This document shows, in pieces, positions 1 to 7,363 of a DNA stretch of 15,267 nucleotides; position 1 is the first letter of the stretch, and each line of letters begins with the position of its first letter. The stretch covers positions 1 to 15,267 of the forward strand of contig JBNKNM010000127.1 of NCBI GenBank assembly GCA_050293845.1, in the 5' to 3' direction. The position numbers and the translations under genes are program-made. The stretch is from Pseudobacteriovorax sp. Lineage in GTDB: Bacteria > Bdellovibrionota_B > Oligoflexia > Oligoflexales > Oligoflexaceae. The notes beneath the pieces are model-generated. The model did not search any database, was not told the DNA's origin, and was given only the letters and a program-made list of their open reading frames with translations.

Positions 1-676
1 GCTTAAAATTGAAATCGGTGTGAAGAAATTCTCTATAGATTTGTTTAAGAGTCATCTTATGTAATTTCTTAATAGGAACCTTAGGATCTTCACCACGATA
101 CTCAACAAGAGCAACACGCCCGCCAGGTTTTAAGGTTTGCAGTAGGGAGACCAGCATCTCATGGGGATGAGAAAATTCATGATATACATCGACCAGCAAG
201 GCAAGATCTATGGAGTTAGGGGGCAAACGCAATGATTTGATAGTGCTTTGCCTAGGAACAATATTCTGAACCCTATTATTCTGAATTTTCCTGGCAATAG
301 CCTTAAGCATCTTTTTTTGAATATCGAGAGCAAAAACCCGCCCCTTTTTCCCTATTTTTTTTGCCATTAGCAGCGATAAAACGCCACTTCCTGCACCTAC
401 ATCTGCGACTATCATTCCAGGTTTTAAGTTAAGTGCATCAATTAATTCCGAAATATCTTCTTCAGATTGACGGCTTTCTCGTTCCAACCAAGGAATACCT
501 GCTGCTCCCATAACCTCTGCGATTTGCCGGCCGCGATAGATTTTGCCTGTTGATTGGGGATGATGCTGTTTTTTATAGGAATAAATCTTAGGCCAGCTCT
601 TGTGATTCGGGAACTCCCGATGATGGCCCTGCATGAAATTTGCCAATAAAAAAACGATGGTGAATCTATAAATCAT
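1..676 (-). CDS. Class I SAM-dependent methyltransferase, 3' end runs off the window
   Basis: Not in the ORF track. Hand translation from ATG 676: MIYRFTIVFLLANF...GKIYRGRQIAEVMGAAGIPWLERESRQSEE...LKPGMIVADVGAGSG (motif I)...VFALDIQ (motif II)...DLALLVDVYHEF...LKPGGRVALVEYRGEDP. No stop before base 1. Confidence 0.92.
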   Translation of the reverse strand, partial: MIYRFTIVFLLANFMQGHHREFPNHKSWPKIYSYKKQHHPQSTGKIYRGRQIAEVMGAAGIPWLERESRQSEEDISELIDALNLKPGMIVADVGAGSGVLSLLMAKKIGKKGRVFALDIQKKMLKAIARKIQNNRVQNIVPRQSTIKSLRLPPNSIDLALLVDVYHEFSHPHEMLVSLLQTLKPGGRVALVEYRGEDPKVPIKKLHKMTLKQIYREFLHTDFNFK

Positions 677-723
677 TCAACGGACCTTTCGCATAAGCAC
701 TTAAAATCACAGTTATAAATCCT

Positions 724-985
724 CTAACATCGTTCAAAGTACCGATATCCTAGCTCACTTAAGTATATCAAAATAGCTGATTGCAAAATTCCACTAGGAC
801 TAGCATATCCCGAATCGGAAAAATTGAAAAATAAGTTAATAATTTTAAGGAATTCGAAAAACCTTTGGGTGCCAGGCATGACTATAATATTCGCCAGCAC
901 CAGGCTCTTTAAAGCTAATATGGCAGATTTAATATTGTTCTTTTGATGGGAAACAACTAAAATCCTTTTTTGCTTGTTTGTTCAT
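724..985 (-). pseudogene. Possible frameshifted, degenerate receiver (CheY-like) domain remnant
   Basis: AGGA 6 nt before ATG 985. Removing one A from the A6 run (966-971) gives an 86-aa frame, MNKQAKRILVVSHQKNNIKSAILALKSLVLANIIVMPGTQRFFEFLK..., ending at TAG 724-726. It resembles receiver beta1-alpha1-beta2-alpha2, but the acidic pair is missing. Confidence 0.3.
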
Positions 986-1166
986 TTCATATCCTAGAAA
1001 TACTATTTCAATCGGTGAATGGAGCACAAACCGTAATATAAAATCACGGGAGCAGACATTATGATCTCCTCAAAATGCTATACACCTAAAATGATTGAGT
1101 ATTAACAGCAGCAATCCGAACGCCTGAGCAAAGAGTAGATTAAAGATCATGGAAAAGGCTTGAATA

Positions 1167-1622
1167 GTGAATATAACGTACTTTACATTCCTACCATTTG
1201 ATAAGCTGAGTAATATTCAGCTCTATAAAATCCTTGAAGCCCGTCAAGAGGTGTTTCAAATCGAGCAAGGAATTCACTATAATGACTGTGATAAACTAGA
1301 CTATCAAGCCTGGCATTTATGTTTGTGGTCTAAAGATGGAGAAGAACTTATGGCCTACCTACGCTTGCTCCCTCCTTCCCCACAAAAAAAATATCATTCT
1401 GTTGGTCGGGTGCTAACGACATCGCGATACCGCGAACAAGGTTTTGGTAAAGCTCTTATGAATGAACTTCTCACCCAATATCAAGAAATTATTGATGATG
1501 TACCTCTTACAATGTCTGCTCAAGCATATCTTCGCGAGTTTTACCAGCGATTTGGCTTTTCACCAGAATCAGATGTCTATATGGAAGAAGGTATCGCCCA
1601 TATCCGGATGACAAGGTATTAG
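1167..1622 (+). CDS. elaA: ElaA-family GNAT N-acetyltransferase
   Basis: FDKLS..QLYKILEARQEVFQIEQ, AYLRLLPP, SVGRVLT, acetyl-CoA motif REQGFGKALM, SAQAYLREFYQRFGF and YMEEGIAHIRM are all typical of ElaA. GTG start. Confidence 0.9.
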   Translation: MNITYFTFLPFDKLSNIQLYKILEARQEVFQIEQGIHYNDCDKLDYQAWHLCLWSKDGEELMAYLRLLPPSPQKKYHSVGRVLTTSRYREQGFGKALMNELLTQYQEIIDDVPLTMSAQAYLREFYQRFGFSPESDVYMEEGIAHIRMTRY

Positions 1623-1743
1623 CTTTTTGCACTTGAGCTGGTGGCCTCTCCACAGATTCTTCGAGGCTAAGTGATTGCCTCAGTAAGAAAGAAACTAATG
1701 TCACAACCATGGCTGATATTAATATTATCGCAATAAATTTCAT
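1507..1743 (-). CDS. Possible small membrane/secreted protein overlapping the elaA 3' end
   Basis: SD-like AGAGGGTG about 7 nt before ATG 1743. MK followed by a ~20-residue hydrophobic stretch (FIAIILISAMVVTLVSFLL). The 116-nt convergent overlap with elaA lowers confidence. Confidence 0.35.
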   Translation of the reverse strand: MKFIAIILISAMVVTLVSFLLRQSLSLEESVERPPAQVQKANTLSSGYGRYLLPYRHLILVKSQIAGKTREDMLEQTL

Positions 1744-2003
1744 TAATAGCACCCTCTGTAACTTAATCAGAATGATTCCCTATCGCAGCATATCTGACGA
1801 CTCTTTATCACCTCCATTCAAAAACAAATTTATTCAATTATTACTTGCATTTTTAAAAAATACTAAAGATTCAAAAAATGTGAAATATATCGTACATCCC
1901 TTAGAACCATGATAAATAGTAAAATCGGTAATGATCGATAATTAGCCTTAAACTTTCCCGCTCAATTAACCGTTAAGAAAGCAAATAGGTAAAATTATGA
2001 AAG

Positions 2004-2204
2004 ATGGGCGTGATGAAACTTAGCACCATGATTATTTGTATTGCTATTGGCTTTGGCATAGCTTATTTGGAAGAATCATTTCAAAAGAATAAAGGGTCTA
2101 TCCAATTAGTACTCCATTCCTCGGATGGAATCACTAGAGACTTAATAAATTTTTACCTTTCCCAAAAACAAGAAGAATTTCTTGATTTATCTAAAAAAGA
2201 ATAG
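2004..2204 (+). CDS. Small hypothetical protein with an N-terminal hydrophobic segment
   Basis: 66-aa ORF in otherwise empty space, hydrophobic MIICIAIGFGIAYL, AGGT upstream. No family recognised. Confidence 0.4.
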   Translation: MGVMKLSTMIICIAIGFGIAYLEESFQKNKGSIQLVLHSSDGITRDLINFYLSQKQEEFLDLSKKE

Positions 2205-2335
2205 TCACCTTCCCTTCTGTCTTCTGTCTCGATTAATCACATAAAACGATAATTATTACCCTAGTTAACAAAAATTTCTTAGATCATGCTCCTTTAATCC
2301 GAAAAAATGATACGGACATCAGGAGAAAATATAAA

Positions 2336-4423
2336 ATGGCTACGAAGCAAAATATTCTTTTTCGATCATCAGCGAAGCTATATCTTTTTTTACTATTACC
2401 ACTACTGATCATGTCGCTCATAGTTCTCAAGGTTACAAATGATGGACTTAGTGAAAATTCGAAAATTCTGACCCACGCCTTAGCCATTGACGGAAACATT
2501 AATCGTATTACTTCCCTCCTCATTCAACAAGACGATGCTACTAAGGCGATCCTTCTAAATCCCGATGAATTAGTTGAGTTTTCTGAAGCAAAGATTAGTG
2601 CTTATGATGAGCATTTACTTCTTCTTAAGAAAATATATACTTCAAGCTATTCTAAAAAGATAAAGAGAATTATTCAAAATCTGATAATGATTGATGCTAA
2701 GCAGCTGAAACCCCTTGATTCTTCAATTTTAGAAGAACTTTTTACAAACCAAAGTACTGCAATAACCCGCTACTTCACTGAATACAAACCAATTAAAGAG
2801 AAGTACTCAAAGCTTGTCAATCAATTAAAAAGAGTTTCTAAGGAACACGTTCAAAGAGCTACAATAAGTATGGAACAAAAAAACAGATCTGTGATCACCC
2901 AGGTCCTTCTTATTCTTTGCATCGCTTCCATTATTGTGGCCGTCACCATACATATTATGACATCGCGAATGATTAGGAGTGCTGATAACAATAAAAAGAT
3001 CCTTGATACCTTGCACGAAGGTTTATTCTTCTTCGATCAAAATGGGCTTATTTCAGATAACCGCTCTAAAGCAGTATCAGTTCTACTACCAGGTTCCCAG
3101 CAAATTCCATCTATTGACTTATTTTTGGCTCAGTACTGCAGTGTAAATCCAAAGGACATCGCCGAATGCATTAAGTTGCTTTGGCACGAAGATGATGATT
3201 TCTTTTCTGACTTTGATACAATCATACGCATGTTACCCAAAAATATTCACCTCAAGCTGTCAAATGGTGGTACAAAATTCTTGGAATTAGAATATAAAGC
3301 CATCAAAGATTCACATCAAAATCTTAAAAATATTCTAGTAGTTATCAGTGATATTTCTGAAACAGTTAAAGCAAATGTTGAAACTCGTTTGATGACTGAA
3401 AGAATTTCAAGAATTTCATTAGCCGTTTCTAACATCGAAGCCTACTATAATTTCTTTGAAGAAGCTATCCACCTATTTAAAGATAGTGATCACAAGTTTT
3501 CAAAATTTTCTCATCATGAGCTCCCCACTCTCAAGCATAATCTACATACCCTTAAGGGTATCCTAGCCACTTTCGAATATACGGGATTAGCTACTGATAT
3601 ACATCAGCTTGAATCCCTCTTGAATGATCAAAGTGAAGACCAAAAAATACAAAGACAATGGGATATAGTGAAGGATCGCTGGAAATTTGAATCATCTGAT
3701 ATTGAAGAAACATTAAATTTGAATGAAAATCATCTTCGCATCCAAGTTGATAAACATAAACTACAAATACTGAATAACTATGTAAGAAAGCAAAATAATA
3801 AAGACCTTAAAAGATTGGTATACTTGTTACAAACGAATCCTATTAAGGACATTTTCAACATATATGAAAATTTAATTCATCAGCTTTCTAAAAAAGAACC
3901 AAACAAGGCAGTTAAGTTAAATTTTGGAAGCGACTCTGATGAACTGTCTTTTGATGATATCAAACCTATTGAGGGTGTCCTTACTCACATATTTCGCAAT
4001 AGTTTCGACCATGGTATTCTTACCACCCATGAACGAGAAAATTTAGGAAAGCCAGGATATGGCACCATCATGGTGAGTGCATTTATTGTCAATCATGAAA
4101 AAATTCACCTTATTATAAAAGATGATGGTGAAGGTATAGATACTAATCTCCTAACTGAAAAAGCAATTCAATACGGAATTTGGGACTTGGAACAAGCTCG
4201 ATTTGCCACAGAACAGGACAAACTAGACCTCATATTTTGCCCAAATCTATCCACCAAAAACAATGTCACAGAAATTTCTGGACGTGGGGTTGGTATGGAT
4301 GCTGTAGCCGAAACAATACGTCACCTAGGAGGTAAAATCACTGTTTATTCTGAAAAAGGGATCGGTACTCAGTTCGAAATCACTATTCCCTTCCATTCGG
4401 GAACTAAAGCAAAGTCTGCATAG
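2336..4423 (+). CDS. Membrane-bound CheA-like (class II) histidine kinase: TM - helical sensor - TM - PAS-like - Hpt - HATPase
   Basis: Two TM segments (about aa 14-31 and 189-208); PAS-like start ILDTLHEGLFFFDQNG; Hpt HNLHTLKG; CheA-type N box THIFRNSFDHG; G1 DDGEG; F box IFCPNLSTK; G2 SGRGVGMD. The protein ends without a CheW domain. RBS AGGAG at 2321. Confidence 0.9.
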   Translation: MATKQNILFRSSAKLYLFLLLPLLIMSLIVLKVTNDGLSENSKILTHALAIDGNINRITSLLIQQDDATKAILLNPDELVEFSEAKISAYDEHLLLLKKIYTSSYSKKIKRIIQNLIMIDAKQLKPLDSSILEELFTNQSTAITRYFTEYKPIKEKYSKLVNQLKRVSKEHVQRATISMEQKNRSVITQVLLILCIASIIVAVTIHIMTSRMIRSADNNKKILDTLHEGLFFFDQNGLISDNRSKAVSVLLPGSQQIPSIDLFLAQYCSVNPKDIAECIKLLWHEDDDFFSDFDTIIRMLPKNIHLKLSNGGTKFLELEYKAIKDSHQNLKNILVVISDISETVKANVETRLMTERISRISLAVSNIEAYYNFFEEAIHLFKDSDHKFSKFSHHELPTLKHNLHTLKGILATFEYTGLATDIHQLESLLNDQSEDQKIQRQWDIVKDRWKFESSDIEETLNLNENHLRIQVDKHKLQILNNYVRKQNNKDLKRLVYLLQTNPIKDIFNIYENLIHQLSKKEPNKAVKLNFGSDSDELSFDDIKPIEGVLTHIFRNSFDHGILTTHERENLGKPGYGTIMVSAFIVNHEKIHLIIKDDGEGIDTNLLTEKAIQYGIWDLEQARFATEQDKLDLIFCPNLSTKNNVTEISGRGVGMDAVAETIRHLGGKITVYSEKGIGTQFEITIPFHSGTKAKSA

Positions 4424-4465
4424 AATGATAACCATCAAAGTAGTCTTTATTCGGGTTTGAAGGGC

Positions 4466-4488
4466 TAAGGTGTTTCATACACACCTTA
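4466..4488. terminator. Hairpin between convergent genes, candidate terminator
   Basis: TAAGGTGT-ttcatac-ACACCTTA, a perfect 8-bp stem. U-tails are weak. Confidence 0.45.
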
Positions 4489-4509
4489 TAAAGAGTTTCG
4501 TTTTTATAC

Positions 4510-4749
4510 CTATTTATAGATATCATATAATGGATCTTCATGCTTGTCAGTCTCACCATTGTCGTTGCAATCTTTAGGGTATAAAACATATTTTGTAGGA
4601 TGAATAGGAAATTTCAGACCCGATCGACTCCTGACAATCAAATGGTCAGCATTTGCATCTATAATCTGTACCGGTTGCCCACAAAACTTTATAATCATAC
4701 CTACTCTGGCATTTACACCATATCTAACTCTGATATCCCTGCAACTCAT
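4510..4749 (-). CDS. Small hypothetical protein with a short beta-rich core, resembling phage/plasmid hypotheticals
   Basis: AGGG SD upstream. The pattern IRVRYGVNARVG..IKFCGQPVQII.A...HLIVR......IHPT resembles, from memory, a mobile-element family of form YIRxxYGVPAxxGxRV...GxI...YLxIR...HPT. Confidence 0.6.
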   Translation of the reverse strand: MSCRDIRVRYGVNARVGMIIKFCGQPVQIIDANADHLIVRSRSGLKFPIHPTKYVLYPKDCNDNGETDKHEDPLYDIYK

Positions 4750-5193
4750 ATAATTTCCCTACGAGGTAAATGACACCTTTCAACCCTGTAATTAACTATT
4801 ACCTCTAGGCCCCGTTTCAAGTCATCTCATGCGACAACAAATAATATAAGATAGGAAATTATTTAACGTATCGTTCTTTTTTTTTTGCTCTTTAATCATA
4901 AACGAAAAACAGATTTTTTTTGCTATAATTACAAAGACTTCAATAGAGGACACTTTTTTCTGTAGGTACAAAGTTAAAATTTTTGATGTGGATAAACCTG
5001 TTTGTAATGAATCTACAACTTTTGATAGTCAGTAAATTCCACTTCAATACGCATTCTACTAAGAACTAAAGAAATGGCTTAGTTCTATCTATTAAAGCAT
5101 TCCAAGTAGACAGCAACAGATCTGTCTTTTAGGCTTAAATAATTATTCGAGCCCATAGATAGCACGATTAACAATTATTTTTTTATCTGAGAT

Positions 5194-5242
5194 AAAACTG
5201 AAAATCCTGCTGCTAAAGTGTAACTCTACATTAATAGCAGGA
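5194..5242 (-). terminator. Candidate intrinsic terminator downstream of the NLP gene
   Basis: Imperfect hairpin TCCTGCT..TGTA-actc-TACA..AGCAGGA (5205-5242), followed on the minus strand by TTTCAGTTTT. Confidence 0.55.
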
Positions 5243-5419
5243 AGATCAATATGAAAAACAACCGAATTCGATCATATGATTAGGATTCAATATCATCAAC
5301 AACAAGAATACTAATTTACAGAACAAACTTAATCAACTTCTTAACATCAATACTTACTTTTTCCATATCTATAGGAACTACTATTAGACATAATCGACCT
5401 GTTCAGTTTCTTTCATATT

Positions 5420-6181
5420 TTAAAGAGAACCATTAATAAAGTTCTGAATACCAGCTTTTTTGATATTATTAAGAAAGTTGGTATCCTTAATAGGACAGTT
5501 AGCGCTTCCCCATCTCACAGTATTGAGTGTTTGTCTCGCGGGGCTAGGCATTTTACTCCAAGATATTAATGTGGTTTTCTTTCCATTTTTACCACTATCA
5601 GGATGTACTGCATGTGTAGTTTGATCCCGTTTATAAACAACTCCTACAGTATTACCTTGAATATTGTGTAGACCTGGTTGCATAGGTTTTTCTCTATATT
5701 TACCATGTGCAGAATAATAAACACGAGATATTTTGCCATCAAATGTTAATATAATAACATCCTCCCAGTCATGGGTATGCCCCAACTCAGCTATAATAAA
5801 TCCCTTATCCTTAGGATAATACCAGGCATACAAATAAGCGCATACTTTAGCCGATTTTTTTCCTTTCCAGCACTTGGAGTGCACATAAGTCTGACTTTTT
5901 GATTGATCATGACATTTTCCTGACTCGGGTCCAGTTGGCTTTAGTCCAGCACTGTAGTTTCCTTGGATATCAACAGCAGGATAGGACTGACATCCATCTT
6001 TCGTGCGTATTTTAGGCTGGAATTTGAATTCATCTGCAGAAGCTGAGGCGGGAATTTTTTGTACCTTGTCATGATCAATTTCATTTCCAGCCTTTAACGC
6101 TGTGTATTCCTCATAGCCACAAGAAAATGATATTAAACTGATGTTTAAAAGGATAAAAATTGTTTTCAATAAATATTTCAT
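5420..6181 (-). CDS. NPP1 / Nep1-like protein (NLP, necrosis-inducing toxin family), probable lipoprotein
   Basis: IDHDKV, KFQP, GCQSYPAVD..GNYSAGLKPTG....C, AYLYAWYYPKD, GHTHDWE (family heptapeptide GHRHDWE), YSAHG and WGSANCPIKDTNFLNNIKKA. The signal peptide ends FSC21-G. RBS GAGGAG. Confidence 0.95.
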   Translation of the reverse strand: MKYLLKTIFILLNISLISFSCGYEEYTALKAGNEIDHDKVQKIPASASADEFKFQPKIRTKDGCQSYPAVDIQGNYSAGLKPTGPESGKCHDQSKSQTYVHSKCWKGKKSAKVCAYLYAWYYPKDKGFIIAELGHTHDWEDVIILTFDGKISRVYYSAHGKYREKPMQPGLHNIQGNTVGVVYKRDQTTHAVHPDSGKNGKKTTLISWSKMPSPARQTLNTVRWGSANCPIKDTNFLNNIKKAGIQNFINGSL

Positions 6182-6600
6182 CCCTATAGACTCCTCACGT
6201 TCATCAATAAACTCATTTTAGACGAAAGCAAAGCATATTCCTTTCTAGCTAAAAATGTTAACGAAACAATGTTTTTGATTTTTTTAAAAAAACTTCTATC
6301 TGCATTCGTCGCAAATCAACTTAGAAATTGACAGGAAATAATCATTATCCAATTAACCTTCAATAATTTCTATATTTAGACTGCATAATAATTTTTCATG
6401 GCATTTTTAAGGAGAAAAATCGACAATTAGAAACTAAGTCGTAGTGAAACAACAACAATGCTAATTACAAAAAATGTATATTATAAACTTTGCTACGTCA
6501 CAATCACCAAAATAACTATCACAACTAGAAGCTTATCTTAATAACAACACAACAAAGAAAATATAGTATATCACACTGCAATCTATGAGCCATTTTAAAA
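6160..6600. repeat. Diverged direct repeat, copy 1 (NLP 5' end and upstream region)
   Basis: Collinear blocks with 8685-9120 at constant offset 2523, e.g. 6257-6284/8780-8807, 6325-6334/8848-8857 and 6368-6392/8891-8915 (24/25 identical). Confidence 0.9.
6227..6242 (-). promoter_or_regulatory. Candidate sigma-54 (-24/-12) promoter of the NLP gene
   Basis: Minus strand AGGAAT-ATGCT-TTGCT, exact GG-N10-GC. Both boxes are conserved in the second copy at 8750-8765 while the spacer differs. Confidence 0.65.
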
Positions 6601-6654
6601 CTCATCTATAAAAAAGTGGTATTTTATAACAGGTAATTTAAGCACAAAAAACTA

Positions 6655-6670
6655 TGGTAAGGGTCTTGCA
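6655..6670 (+). promoter_or_regulatory. Candidate sigma-54 promoter of the lipoprotein pair
   Basis: TGGTAA-GGGTC-TTGCA, exact GG-N10-GC, about 45 nt before the start codon. Confidence 0.6.
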
Positions 6671-6712
6671 AAAATGTTTATGGAATAATTTTTATGATGT
6701 TGAGAGGAGTTT

Positions 6713-7312
6713 ATGATGAATGTATACTTAATAATTTTAAGCATGGGTTTATTTGCGTGTGGTTCTGCTAAACGAGGCGTACAGGTTCAACCAAAAGCAC
6801 CTGTAAGATCGGATCAAAGCAATCAATTTATAGAAGATGAAGATGAAGATGAAAATGATAGTCAGTCGAAGAAAAAGAATAGTAAAATCAATTCTTGTAT
6901 TCAAACAATTGGTGAAGAATGCTTAGAAACCAAGGAAAGTACGGATGATGGAGACGTCGTATTTACAGGACATTCTATCCTTAAAAATCCTAAAGTTAGC
7001 TTACTTACTAACGTTACAGATCCTGCATTGGTTCGAGTCAGTATTTCGGCTGAAATCATAATAGGAGTAAACCCTTGCCGAGCAAATGGAGTATTACCAG
7101 GACTTCAATCTCAGTTGGATGAAAATGTATTGACGGTATCCCCTATTATTAAGGTTCCAGAAGATGTTGCGAATAGATTTTGTGATCCTGAAAAGAATTT
7201 CGTTTATGCTGAAGCCCGCATTTCACTAGATATCACAAAAGGAAAGTTGAAGACTATCAAATTTGGCAATTACGAATCTCTAGGAAATGAGTATATCTAT
7301 AAAATAGAATGA
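6713..7312 (+). CDS. Uncharacterised lipoprotein, paralogue A (acidic linker, four conserved Cys)
   Basis: Lipobox LFAC-GS. RBS GAGAGGAG, whose spacing favours ATG 6716. Aligns by eye over its whole domain with the next gene. Confidence 0.85.
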   Translation: MMNVYLIILSMGLFACGSAKRGVQVQPKAPVRSDQSNQFIEDEDEDENDSQSKKKNSKINSCIQTIGEECLETKESTDDGDVVFTGHSILKNPKVSLLTNVTDPALVRVSISAEIIIGVNPCRANGVLPGLQSQLDENVLTVSPIIKVPEDVANRFCDPEKNFVYAEARISLDITKGKLKTIKFGNYESLGNEYIYKIE

Positions 7313-7363
7313 AACTATAGATGCAGCTAAATCCAGACAGATCTACAAGTGGAGGAGTGTAAT

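Noticed and set aside
964..972. A-AAA-AAG slippery heptamer as a programmed -1 frameshift
   Set aside because: The -1 frame hits TAG within three codons; the open frame is +1.
1709..1912. 67-aa plus-strand ORF
   Set aside because: No SD or recognisable motif, and it overlaps the better-supported minus-strand small ORF.
2284..3016. Minus-strand ORFs 2284-2523 and 2825-3016
   Set aside because: Antisense shadows of the CheA-like kinase.
4404..4589. 61-aa minus-strand ORF
   Set aside because: Overlaps both neighbouring genes and spans the hairpin; no motif.
6268..6284. IHF site in the conserved ATGTTTTTGATTTTT block
   Set aside because: It matches WATCAA, but the TTR part is misplaced or absent, so it is not called.
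6328..6333. TTGACA as a sigma-70 -35 box (also at 8851)
   Set aside because: No convincing -10 box conserved in both copies, and it lies about 380 nt from the next plus-strand gene; treated as a possible activator site instead.
6833..6853. (GAAGAT)n microsatellite
   Set aside because: It simply encodes the EDEDEDE linker; too short to call a contingency repeat.
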